59,688 nucleotides of DNA from contig NW_021832973.1 of assembly GCF_006345805.1 (NCBI RefSeq), forward strand, positions 1-59,688. The letters run 5' to 3'. This DNA comes from Octopus sinensis. Taxonomy: Eukaryota. Below, one piece after another: positions 13,425 through 26,037 of the stretch (positions are counted from its first letter, which is position 1; the number at the start of each line of letters is the position of its first letter). The translations under genes and the position numbers were made by a program. Under the pieces are notes generated by a model. It saw nothing but the letters and a program-made list of their open reading frames with translations. It was not told the DNA's origin and did not search any database.

Positions 13425-13812
13425 TCCCAACCACATGGTTCCAGGTTCAGTCCCACAGCGTGGCACCTTGGGCAAGTGTCTTCTACTATAGCCTCAGGCC
13501 GACCAAAGCCTTGTGAGTGGATTGGTAAACGGAAACTGATAGAAGCCCGTCCATGTGTGTGTGTGTGTGTGTGTGTATGTGTGTGTGTGTGTGAGTGAGT
13601 GTGTCATTGTGTCTGTTAGTCCTCCCGCCCCCGCTTGACAACCGGTGCTGGTGTGTTTATGTCCTGATAATTTAGCGATTCGGTAAAAAAAAAAGACCGA
13701 TAGAATAAGAAACAGGTTTTAAAAAGTTCTGGGATCGATTCATTCGACTAAAAAAAAAAAATCAAGGCGGTGCCCCAGCATGGCCGCTGTCTAGTGACTG
13801 AAACAAGTAAAA
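13425..13812 (+). mobile_element. SINE-A
   Basis: B box, CORE-like segment, TG microsatellite, tail. Confidence 0.85.
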
Positions 13813-14624
13813 AAAATTCTGACAATTACACATATTAATGAGCTGGAAAGCGCGAGACGTCAACTTTTGACCGGCGGCATTAATCCCCATAACGGTTTCA
13901 ATTTCCTCTCTTTATAAAAGTCACGAATAATACTTCCTGGGACTGGAATGAATCCCACTACTTCACTTGATCTATATGAACCTTGTGCTAAGCACGCATA
14001 CACACACACACACACACACACACACAGAGAAAGACATGATGGACCCATTCGTTTCCCTCTCCCCATTTCGTCATCGTTGTCGCATTCAAGCTCCTTTCAT
14101 CCCACTCACCAAGCCCAATCCTTTCTCCCCCAGCCCACAACACATCGCTCCCCTGGAACCATCTCTGTATTCACGTCTTTTTTTTTTTTTTTGCAGCTGT
14201 TTAAACAGAATATTAATGACATTAATCTCACCGATCTCGGAGGGCCTATAAAAAAGGACCAAGGGTCATGGGTTCTGACCATTCTTCCAGACCCAACAAA
14301 TAAAAAGGAAAAGCTAAAATATAACAAAAAGAAACAAATATGAATAATTCTTTTTTTAAAACAGTTAGTCTCGAAGCAGCTAAAGCTATAAACAACCGCG
14401 TAAAAATAATGGGTTCGAGTCTCGCAAACAGCCTTGGATATTTCCTATCCAAAGGCCTTTTTAACCCCATATTTACACGTTATAATTTATAACTTCGTCT
14501 ACTTCGAGTTTCACCGTTCCGAAAAGGAAAAAAAAATATTTCACGTTTTCTCGAAGATTTTAACTTCTCATCACATCAACAAATGATATCTACCTGGAGT
14601 GTTTTTTTTTCTGTTTGTTTGCTT

Positions 14625-14868
14625 ACTATTTTACTCTTTTACACGTTTCCGTCATTTGACTGCGCCCATGCCGGAGCACCGCCTTTAGTCGATCCCAGGA
14701 CTTATTCTTTGTAAGCCTAGTACTTATCCTATCGGTCTCTTTTGCCGAACCGCTAAGTTTCGAGGACGTAAACACACCAATATCTGTTGTCAAGCGATGG
14801 TGGGGGGGGACATACTCAGACATGAAGACACAACAAACACACACATATATATCATATATACATATATA

Positions 14869-14963
<95 letters not shown>

Positions 14964-15410
14964 TATATAATATATATATAGTATATATATGTATATAGAT
15001 AGATAGATAGATAGATATATATATAATCCAAACATGAAAAACACCAAGAGAAAACACAACAATGCGAGGACGTGGAACAAGTATAGTGTTATTGGACGCT
15101 CAGGGAAGGAAAGAAAGGAGGAGGATTTAACGTTTCGAGTGGAGCTCTTAGTCAGAAACATAGGAAAAGGAAAAATCCAAGGAAGGGAAGACGAAGGAAA
15201 AAAATCGCCAACGGTACACACGAGGTCACATACATTTATATATATACATATATACGACGGGCTTCTTTCAGTTTCCGTCTACCAAATCCATTCACAAGAT
15301 TTTGGTCGGCCTGAGGCTATATTAGAAGACACTTGCCGACGGTGCCACGAGGTGGGACTGAACCCGGAACCATGTGGTTGGGAAGCAAACTTCTTACTAC
15401 ACAGCCAGTT
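14625..15410 (-). mobile_element. SINE-A with an expanded internal microsatellite hosting a family E element
   Basis: Tail 14625-14820, head 15250-15410. Confidence 0.85.
15025..15232 (-). mobile_element. Family E ~200-bp ORF-less element with a degenerate minimal hammerhead (15126-15158)
   Basis: Homologous to 56463-56660; minus strand GUUU-CUGACUA-AGAGCUCCACUC-GAAA-CGUU-AAA; nested in the microsatellite of a SINE-A. Confidence 0.65.
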
Positions 15411-15554
15411 ATTTGGGGTTTTTTTTCTTCGTGGATATTTCAAAGGTTCTCGAAAGGTATTACATACACTGACTGAAAAATAAATGAAGGGGTGGTCGCA
15501 AATGGCAGGCTTTTCATCAAAGATCTGCTGGATCTCATGCAGTTTTTTTTAATC

Positions 15555-16000
15555 TTTTATTTGTTTCAGTTATTGGACTGCGGCCATGCTGGGGCACCGC
15601 CCTGAAGGTTATGTGTGAAATAAATTGCCTCCAGTATTTGTATTAAGTCTGGCATTTATTCTGTCAGTCCTCTTTTGTCAAACCGTTAGATCACGGTGAC
15701 GTAAACAAACCAACATCAGCTGTCAAGCGCTGGGTTCCACACACACACACACACACACCACTCACGCATATATACCCGCATGCATACAAACATGCATACA
15801 TTCATCCATGCATACATACATATATGTATATATGTGTGTGTATGAGACGAGTTTCCTTCCGTTTCCGTCTACCAAATCACTTCACAAGGCATTGGTTGAC
15901 CCAGGGTAATAACAAAAAAAAAAACACTTACCCGAGGTGCCACGCAAAGGTACTGAACTCGAAACCAATTGCTTGGGAAGCAAACTTCTTACCACACGAC
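15555..16000 (-). mobile_element. Degenerate SINE-A
   Basis: Tail, body and head motifs. Confidence 0.75.
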
Positions 16001-16358
16001 TATTGTCCATTATAATTCATATGAAGCGATTATTTATGATACGTCTTCTCATGCCCACCCCCCATCAAGATTATTTTTTCTCTGGAAAGGGTCATTAGAT
16101 GTAAGGTTGATGGGAGGGGTCAGTTCGTTATTGTTTGTTGCTGGGAGGTAGACTGCTCATTATTAGTAATGTCCCACTTTCGGACGAGGATTACTAATCG
16201 CTAACCGGAAGTGTGACCGTCGAACACTAATGACTTTTCTCATTTCCGCCTTTCTGTGTCATACTTGAAAGTAATTCATACCTGCGTTAAGAATCATCAC
16301 ATCACATCACATCGCGCGCGTGTGCGTCAGTGTGCGTGTGTGTGTGAGTATGTGTGTG

Positions 16359-16429
<71 letters not shown>

Positions 16430-16445
16430 TTTGTGCGTACAGCTA

Positions 16446-17040
16446 CAAGGTGTTCGGGCTAAATTTGACAGTTTGCATAAAAGGAAACGAAAACGGTTTA
16501 CTCAAAATAGTTGCCTTCAGTTTCCCCTAAGGCCCGAAGACGGTTCCGGAACTAGACGCATGCGTTCCTGACTGTGCCCTTTGGAAGATCTTCCAACACC
16601 TCCTTGATCTTGGCCACCAGCTCAGTCTTGGAGCCGCAGACAGAGCAAATATTATCTTTCTCGGTTGCACCCCGCTCATAATAATCCATGGGGTTACAAT
16701 TAAGGGAATTAAGATGCTGAAATGTGGGGCTAGTGAAGCGGTAGAAATTCTCCGACAACCACTTCTCTGTCCGGAGGTATAGCAAGGAACCGAACCCTGC
16801 TGTCACAATTATGGCCTCCCATCAACAACCCTCTCAAGCCATGGATTGATCACAGCCTCCGCAGCTTCAAGGGCCATCTTAATTGAGTCTAAGGCCCTGT
16901 TCATCAGTTGTTGGATGAATTCCGGCGTGAGGGCGCAGTCAGAACACCAGCTGACCACAGCTTCGTAGTCTCCGTTGCAGCTGTCCATGTTACGTCTTGC
17001 GGCCTTTGCAGTGTTCACAAAGCATTGAACAGCAGTCATG
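16446..17040 (-). mobile_element. Tc1/mariner (maT/DD37D-like) transposase relic, C-terminal half plus one TIR
   Basis: PWLERVVDGRP*L*QQGSVPCYT, KWLSENF, NPMDYY, ELVAKIKEV, NACV*FRNRL..EGNYFE*; TA + CAAGGTGTTCGGGCTAAATTTGACAG terminus at 16444-16471. Confidence 0.75.
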
Positions 17041-17285
17041 AGGAGGCGCAATGGCCCAATGGTTAGGGCAGCGGACTCGCGGTCGGAGGATCGCGGTTTC
17101 GATTCCCAGACCGGGCGTTGTGAGTGTTTATTGAGCGAAAACACCTAAAGCTCCACGAGGCTCCGGCAGGGATGGTGGTGATCCCTGCTGTACTCTTTCA
17201 CCACAACTTTCTCTCACTCTTACTTCCTGTTTCTGTTGTACCTGTATTTCAAAGGGTCGGCCTTGACACTCTCTGTGTCACGCTT
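17041..17285 (+). mobile_element. SINE-C, tail type 2
   Basis: Same head; tail ctgttgtacctgtatttcaaagggtcggccttg, shared with SINE-D. Confidence 0.88.
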
Positions 17286-18272
17286 TAGGATATTCAGCAA
17301 AATGCAATGAAGTCATCCCCTGATGATCTGTTACAGTTAGTCATCCAAATGACTTTGGAGTATCCAACGCTGACTTCCAGTACGAAACGTACCAATATAT
17401 ATATATGTAGGGACCTCGCTTCGCCCTGTCTGAGATTTGAAACCAAATCTACCCGCTTGTTGCTTGTCAAAAGAAGCGGGAAATTCTCTCCACAGCAGAT
17501 AATTGAAGAGGAAACACTCGATCCCCTAAGACCTATGCTGGTCAAGGAAAGGTCAGTCCTTTGTTTAGGGTTTGACCTACATTACTGACCATAGTCTATA
17601 TAACAGAGAGCATTTCCAATCTCTTCCTCTTTTGTGTCAGCCAGACCACCGAGCAACACCATCTTTTGCGTCAGCGATGACCAAGTGCAGCACTTTCCTC
17701 GGCTGCAAGAAAGACGATGCCACATTTATCCTTTCTTCCTTTCTAGTCAGGACCGTGCATTCCTTACTCTTTCACACTCTACTGACAGACAATATTTTTC
17801 TACACTGTCAACTACTAACCAGCGAGCCAACCTTGCTGCCACTATGACTAGAACTGCTACTGTCTCTTTAAATACCTGTCGGGCAAACGAATAAATATAT
17901 GTAAATAATATTTATTCCTTCTTGGTGTTGATTCTTCGTTGTTCACTGGTTGTTCTGATACGAGAACCTTCAAGCGTTACATCTACACGCCACATTTCGT
18001 TGTCGGCCACATCATTTCGACCTGATATGGCATTTCACATTCAGCCCGCTACAAATATATATATAAACTACATATTGTAGATTTGTAAACAGGGTTAATT
18101 TAGCCATTTTTCTGTATGAGAAAATAACGAACACCCTTAATCGATTTTCAAACCTTATTGGATTCTTATTGGAGGAGGAGTCTACATCAATTTGATCGAT
18201 CCCTGAGAAACTAGCAGCCAATCTTTTTTATATACTCAATAGTTTCAGTAGCGGATCTAGTCTTTCTCATTC

Positions 18273-18385
18273 TTTTATTTGCTTCAGTCATTTGACTGCG
18301 GCCATGCTGGAGCACCGCCTTTAGTTGACCTAATCTTTGTAAGCCTAGTACTTATTCTATCGGTCTCTTTTGCTGAACCGCTAAG
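18273..18385 (-). mobile_element. 5'-truncated SINE-A with a 20-bp TSD
   Basis: ggatctagtctttctcattc at 18253-18272 and 18386-18405. Confidence 0.88.
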
Positions 18386-19519
18386 GGATCTAGTCTTTCT
18401 CATTCGCAAAACGAGCCCTCCTGTAATTTTGCTCAGATTGCTTTCAATTTTGGAGTATCGATACCACTCTGATTTTTGATTACGATAAACCAATTATTTC
18501 ATCTCGTAAATTAAAGAATCTGACGTTATTTGTAATTAAAGTTGGGAAATTTAGGTAATTTTAGCCAATCAACAGACAGCGATGCATTAGCAGCTTGTTA
18601 CCATGACAACCGCACGTTGTGTTGTGTTTCACCCACATGTGGTGCTGATTCTTCACACCTTCGAGATTTACTTCACCCGCGTGTTTTGTTTCAATAAAAC
18701 TTTATATTTATCAATTAGAATTTTATTACAGATATTTTTCGTCAATTGTCTTAATATTTTACATATTTTTCATATATAGCAAAAGATGTTCTTGGCAGTT
18801 TCTTGGCATTAATGAAGGTGAATGGAATGTGAGAACTTGGTACTGATAACTCGACATTATTTTTGATTTCTGTATGCAAAAACATATAAGATACAGGTAT
18901 TCTTTTTCTTGGAACAAATTCTTTGTTGACCAGTGTTATTCTTATCGTAGTTTACAAATCGAAGCGTATATTTATGTGCATATGCTTATCTTTGTGTACG
19001 TGTGTATGTGTGCATATATGTATGTATGTACGTATGTATATTTTAACCAACCATCCGTAACTAAGACAATGAAATTCAAATATGTCAACTAATTGGATTT
19101 AGCTTGAGATTGTAAATAATCTCTCCCCTACCCGCAGAAGATTTTAACCACTGTAATACTATATATGAATAACAACGTAAGCATAGCCCGTTACGGCCTA
19201 TCTCTTACCTCTTGATCTGTGAACTCTACCTATGTACATGCAAATATCTTTTGTATGATGTAAAGGGTAAAATCTCTTTATATTTGTATATGTATTAGTG
19301 GATGTTTTTACGCATGTATGTATATGCATATACTTGTATTTGTTACCTGTGTGTATATATATGTATGCAGAATAAGACTGAAGTTTCGATTTTGACTGTA
19401 TGATATATGAATATAATCACATTATTTGTTACATTATTTGTTGAATTAATGTTCTTGCATCTTTCATAGGTATCTGTCTATATATTATGTTATACTATAT
19501 TATATATAAGTGATATACA

Positions 19520-19792
<273 letters not shown>

Positions 19793-19959
19793 TTTTTTTG
19801 GTAATTAATATAATGAACTTTGGACTTTGTATATGTACCCATTGATGTGGATGTATATATATACTCCGGTATAATAATTTGATCATCTGTAATTTTTGTG
19901 TATGTATATTATTATATATTACTTATATATCTGTATATATATATATATATATATACACT

Positions 19960-20011
<52 letters not shown>

Positions 20012-20018
<7 letters not shown>

Positions 20019-20291
20019 TAAGTGTAGGAAGAAATGGAGCTGAACGAAGATTTAACAAAATTCCTTTTTATTATTTTCTACATATGTTTCGAAGGCTGCA
20101 AAGTCCCTAATTCGGATTGAATAAGGAGTCCATTTTGCAGCCTTCTCTTCAGAAAGAGAAGGCTGCAAAATGGACTCCTTATTCAATCCGAATTAGGGAC
20201 TTTGCAGCCTTCGAAACATATGTAGAAAATAATAAAGAGGAATTTTGTTAAATCTTCGTTCAGCTCCATTTCTTCCTACACTTAATATATA
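20012..20291. repeat. Perfect fold-back (~138-bp arms, 4-nt loop 20150-20153)
   Basis: Arms are complementary with one mismatch. Confidence 0.97.
20074..20156 (-). ncRNA. Type I hammerhead motif with long stem II and palindromic stem III
   Basis: CUGAAGA-GAAGGCUGCAAA..UUUGCAGCCUUC-GAAA-CAUAUG-UA|GAA; 12-bp stem II; stem I only ~3 bp because the inversion point cuts it. Confidence 0.7.
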
Positions 20292-20543
20292 AAACTTCAA
20301 ATTTCCGCACTAAGGCACGGATTTTATGCCCCATGGTCGTAACTTCAACCGTGCTTTTTCTGTTGTGATTTTTGCTACCCAGGTATCGGTTATCATTTGA
20401 ATTATCCGTAATAAGATAATTCATTTATCTACTTCAATAATATATATAATATATTATATATATATATATATATATATTCTTGTGTATATGTATTTTGTTT
20501 CATATTTATATTTGCATTTTATATTTTATAATTGTACTTTATA

Positions 20544-20675
20544 ATCTCTGACGTGGCCTTGAGATATATATATATATATAAGTAACTCAATTTTAAGTGC
20601 ATATTACCTCAATACATCTGACTAATATAGGCACAATGAGATACCATTATCTACAGGCTGAAACAGCTGTAAGAT
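20544..20675 (+). ncRNA. Type I hammerhead motif with ~95-nt stem II insert, A9 mutated
   Basis: AUCU-CUGACGU-GGCCU..AGGCU-GAAA-CAGCUG-UA|AGAU; stems I, II and III all pair. Confidence 0.65.
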
Positions 20676-20849
20676 CCATTTATATGTATTATTTTATGAT
20701 ATTATCTTACTTATTGATATATATTGTTTTATTCTGTTGGATTTGGATGTTCCTAATTAAGTAGTTAATAAATAATATGAATTGGTATTTTCTGTAAGTT
20801 GATGATTGAAAGGAATCTGTTCCTCCATTTTCTTATTTGGTATAGATAT

Positions 20850-20911
<62 letters not shown>

Positions 20912-20953
20912 GTATGTATACATGCACACATACAGACAGACAGACAGACAGAC

Positions 20954-20995
<42 letters not shown>

Positions 20996-21154
20996 GAAGA
21001 AAGAAAGATAGATAGATAGATTTCAATAATAATAAAAAGGTAAAATTAATTAATCATGTTAATTAATCAATTAATTAATTAACAATTAATAATTTTACCA
21101 AGTACTTCGGTACGTTAAATTAACCTTTTTAGGTACAAATTATACAATAATTGC

Positions 21155-21402
21155 ATAATTATAAACATAATTATAATCAGGGTTCAGCTAATTGCTTCGA
21201 CACGCACCGAATTTAGAAATAGGAGTTAAAATGCTTTTTCTACTTTCATAAAGAGCTTTCAGATCTTACCTACGTAAAGAAAGTGTGTTACTGACTGGGA
21301 TATCTTTTTGGTAGTAGAAAGGGTATTTTAACTCCTATTTCTAAATTCGGTGCGTGGCGAAGCAATTAGCTGACCCCTGATAATGATTATGTTTATAATT
21401 AT
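21155..21402. repeat. Imperfect inverted repeat, ~90-bp arms, ~68-bp spacer
   Basis: cagggttcagctaattgcttcgacacgcaccgaatttagaaataggagttaaaat versus its complement at 21313-21402; related sequence at ~58697-58765. Confidence 0.85.
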
Positions 21403-21411
21403 AGAATATTT

Positions 21412-21440
21412 GTAGATAGATAGATAGATAGATAGATAGG

Positions 21441-21502
<62 letters not shown>
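21412..21502. repeat. (GATA)n microsatellite
   Basis: Direct reading. Confidence 0.95.
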
Positions 21503-21503
<1 letters not shown>

Positions 21504-21849
21504 GTTTAAAGTCATTAATATTCCGGTTAAACTGTTGTAAACCAATAGTTTTATTTATATATATTTTTTAATTTTATTTTGTTTATTGCTTGAACCACTG
21601 CGGCGCATCTACTAGTAAATTACTTGCGGGACTTGGGACTTTGAGCTTCTGCCTGTCGAGTGCGAGGGTTGCGAAGGGAAAAACCGGAAATTATGGCTTA
21701 GAGTCAAGTGTTAAACTGTTGCTGATTCGTCAAGAGTGAAAACACTTGAGCCGCGTGGCACAAGTGACAAGTGACAAGCTGCGACCGGGAGGAGACTTTG
21801 AAGTGCCATAGAGTCTAGGGGGAGGGGTGCTGTGTAGTATGTTTTATTT

Positions 21850-22345
21850 TGTATCTTTATTTTTTTTGTTTCACTCCTTGGACTGCGACTATACTGGAGC
21901 TCCGACTTGAAGAAGTACTTACTTTTTTTGCTGAACCATTAAGTTTTGGAAACGTCAGCAAACCAACACCGGTTCTCAAGCAATGGCAGGAGATAAACAC
22001 AGCTACACACATACACACGCACATGCACATACACACACACACACATCAGGGGAGAACACAAGGGGTGGAGCCTGAGAGACACGCGCTCTCCTCAAGAATA
22101 GAAGTGCACCCTTCTAAATAATGTCATTACGCCCTTTTCTCTTTGAATTGTATTCCCTTCTGATCTTGAGCCCTCCTTTCGAAAAATTCCTGGGACTGTA
22201 ACTGGGATTCTTCCAGTTTTCTTCCACCAAATCCACTCACAAGGCTTTAATCAGCCCGAGGCAGCAGTAGAAGACACTTGCCGAAGGTTCCGCGCTGTGG
22301 AACTGAACCTGAAACCAAGCGGATGGTAATGAAGCAAGGAAGCAA
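21850..22345 (-). mobile_element. Degenerate SINE-A in two pieces
   Basis: Tail 21850-22020, head 22215-22345. Confidence 0.65.
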
Positions 22346-22890
22346 ACTTCTTTACTTCTTAGCCACGCATGTTGTTCATTATTTTCTTTTTATATTTTAA
22401 TTTTCACTTTTTATTTATTTATTTTTGCCAACTCAGCACCGCTCTTAAAGAAACATTATAAGAATGGAGGACATTGTAGTTTTGGGTGCTAAATAATCTT
22501 GTTCCTAGCTGATAGTCATCGAAACCCGAGTAAGTACAAGGCAGACGACAGGAGCAGGAGGAGGAGAGGGGGTGAGAAGAAAGAGGGAAGTAGGAGGAAG
22601 GGGAGTAAGAAGACGCGAGAAGGAAGCAAAGAGAGACACTTAAAGAAATTTATTAAATGGCTTTTACCACAGAGATTCGTCTCAGATTTCACTAAATCTT
22701 TAGAGAATTCCTTTTAGTAGGGCGGTGTTCGTTTTCTGCCTGTTAAAACCATCTTTTAAACCAGTCACAGTCAGAGAGAACCACAACATCAACTACAATC
22801 TCTCTCTCTCTTCTCTCTCTCTCTAGCTCTCTCTCCTCTCTCTTCTCTCTCTCTCATGATCTATATACTGGTGTGTGTATGTATGTAAAT

Positions 22891-22937
<47 letters not shown>

Positions 22938-23071
22938 GTGTGTGTGTGTGTGTATATCGTCAGTGGATCATATATCCGAAATGTATGTGTGTATATACAC
23001 TCATCTACCCGTTCAATCAGCACCCAGAAACCTAATTAAAGAGAGCTATAACTGTACTAATATATAGTTTA

Positions 23072-23465
23072 AGAGCGGCGTGCTGGCAGAAACGTTAGCA
23101 CACCGGGCGAAATGCGTAGCCGTATTTCGTCTGCTGTTACGTTCTGAGTTCAAATTCCGGCGAGGTCGACTTTGCCTTTCATCCTTTCGGGGTCGATAAA
23201 TAAAGTACCAGTTACGTACTGGTGTCAATATAATCGACTTAATCCGTTTGTCTGTCCTTGTTTGTCCTCTCTGTGTTTAGCCCCTTGTGGGTAGTAAAGA
23301 AATAGGTATTTCGTCTGCCGTTACGTTCTGAGTTCAAATTCCGCTGAGGTCGACTTTGCCGCTTATCCTTTCAGGGTCCATAAAATAAATGCCAGTTGAA
23401 CACTGGGGTCGATGTAATCGACTTTCTCCCTCCCCCGAAGTTGCTGACTTTGTGCCCAAATTTGA
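23072..23465 (+). mobile_element. SINE-B head-to-tail dimer
   Basis: Full copy, then a restart at gtatttcgtctgcc after taaagaaatag. Confidence 0.9.
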
Positions 23466-25334
23466 AATCAATAGTTCAATTATATTTTATGCATTTTACT
23501 GCGTTTTGTTACGTGCGTGATTGCCTGGTACATGGAAAAATTGACTCGCATGAAACCGGTCCTTGGCGCAAAAAAAAACAAAAAAAAAAAACAAAAACAA
23601 ATGGAAACCATTACCATAAACCACTCATGAAACAAAAAGAAAAAAATCTTTCAATAAAAGTCGATCAGGACATGAAAAGAGTGCAATGTATTGTAGGAGC
23701 AAACTGCAGTCCATTTAACCCCTATTATATTTATGCACTTCTAAAATTTCCAGTTACATCTACGACATCCCCCAGAACATTACTGTAACACCATTCTTAG
23801 AAAATTGCCCCCCCTGCTTAACCCCAGTAAAACTGCAACACCTCACGAAACAGCGCTAGAACACCATATTAACTGCATCATACCCCCTAATAAATCCTGT
23901 TTCATCTGCAGCACCCCGCAAGCAACATTATTTCTTCCACTCAGCCCGGGTACAACAACAAAATCTCAAAACACTATTGCAACACTCCAGAACACTATCA
24001 CAGCACCGTCATAACAACACTGTCCACTAAGACCACTGCTACAATACCATTGTTAGAAAAATATCTCTCCAACTTAGTCCAGACACATCTACAAAAGCCC
24101 AAAGCAGTGTAGCGAGACCGAGGCTTCGAGCCCCTTTCTCTGGATTATCAGGCCAGCCGACGACTGAACCACGCATGTTTCACTTGCCCATGCTATTTAT
24201 CAGCAAATCGGAGCTTGCAGAAGATCACATCAGGGGTTTGTAGCAAAGTGAATGTCCTTGAGTCTCGCGCGCTTTTTTCTTGTGAAAAGTTGAGCCCACG
24301 AAGATCTAACAGGCAGTGTGTTGAGGGCATGCGCAGAATGCACATCTCTTGCCTAAATGAAACCAGAACGAAGAGTAGTTTCGTTTAAACTTCTTATACA
24401 AGATCAACTCATTCCAGTTCCTTGAGTATGTCTGCTGTAGAATTTAGACGCTATAAAAGTCGATCCCGATATCAGATACTCTCTATAGTGAAAATCCATG
24501 TACACATATGAACGGCTATTCCTTTAATAGATATACTATAGAATGTTCGCGAGTTATGTTCCTATTTACAACGCAAGAGATTAGCCTAATCCATTTTCAT
24601 CTTACATCCAAGACCAGGATGACAATGAGGACCAACTCATCTTCGCGAAAGCAGTCTGCAACATTATCCAAAGAACATTGCTTATACTTCTCAGTCCAGA
24701 CACATATGGATCCACAACTCTGCAACACCATCGAAACAACACCATTTCCCCCACTCAATCCAGATGCATCGACACACTTCTGGATACTCTTTCTACACCA
24801 TTCTAACAACTCTATTTTCTCCCCACCTCATCCAGATATATGTACACAGACACAAAAATAGCTAAAACATCAATTACCTCATAAACTCTAAATAATGCAC
24901 CAATATTCACAGTACCAATGATAACTTAGAGAGGCAGCAACTACCACACTCTAACCGTGTCCGTCTTACCACGATCACCTCCCTTTGTTGTTGTCTGCAC
25001 CAGAATTTACTGGTCAGATAAAAAATACCCTGACACACTACACTTCAGGGATAAACCACGGCATGTAAAACAGTGTAGTATAATCCACCACCAGGGAGAA
25101 ATGTAAAAGAGGACAGTAGTGGATCTCGCTAGAGACCTGCTCCAATCAAGACTGACCTGCATTTAAGTACACATGTTTCTTTTTTTCTTTTTTCGATGAC
25201 TAAAACATTACAACCAAACCTTTAACAGTATACAATCTCTGAAAGCCTTATGCTGTTCAGCTCCCTTGAGAGTTTCTTACCACTAGTAGTTCAAATATCA
25301 CTTCATTGTAAATAAGAACAGCAAACGATATGCT

Positions 25335-25372
25335 CCGCTAACGAGGTCATAATATCGAAACATATTTGGTGT
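25335..25372 (+). ncRNA. Degenerate hammerhead-like relic
   Basis: CUAACGA-GGU CAUAAU AUC-GAAA-CAUAUU-UG; core G5 and the cleavage triplet are mutated. Confidence 0.3.
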
Positions 25373-25956
25373 TATCTCCCATGTATACCGAAAGAAAGTT
25401 ATATTAATGTTTTTGTTAGATCCCTGGATAACTATTTCTAAATATTTTCCCATGTCCTCCACCATTATATATGTTAACAGTCATGTAACATCAAGTGTAC
25501 TATAATATAGGCTGGACCATCATGATCTTATTGAATTATAAATGCGCGCGAGTAAACCAATTTTCAACAATGACTCCACTACATACAAAGAAATATCAGA
25601 AGAGACACATTTAAATAAATCATGATATCGTCTGCATCTTCCAGTTGCAATCTGCCATTGTACTTTACATTCAATAAAGATTTGTTGTTTTAAAATTATT
25701 CATGTTAATATTTCCTTTCATTTTTTATCATCCCCCCTCCACCTGATTATTGAGTGAAAGATAAAATAATTCAAGAATACAATTCATGAATATTAGATGA
25801 CCATTCAAACTGGAAACTGAAGAAAGACGGACAGTTACAGACGATCGTCTTTTCAGATGTTTTGGATATTAGACGTAGAAACTGTAAGGTGTCGACTGTT
25901 AAAAAATTGTCGATTTGAAATAAAAGACTAAAAAAATGGTTTTAGTGAAAAATATA

Positions 25957-25962
25957 TTTATT
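25957..25962 (-). promoter_or_regulatory. Candidate polyadenylation signal (AATAAA) of the CUB/sushi gene
   Basis: First AATAAA on the minus strand, about 75 nt past the stop; no transcript evidence. Confidence 0.3.
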
Positions 25963-26037
25963 GGTTGTTCCTGTATGTCGAAACTGAGAGCCTGTTTCAA
26001 CATTTCAAATCAGTCAATATACTTAAAGCTAAAAACG

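Noticed and set aside
16531-16556. CCGAAGA-CGG TT CCG-GAA-CTAG hammerhead look-alike
   Set aside because: It is the antisense of the transposase C-terminal codons, and the core is defective.
19375-19480. Minus-strand CTATGA..GAAACTTCAGTC hammerhead-like text
   Set aside because: The core has a deletion and stem I does not pair.
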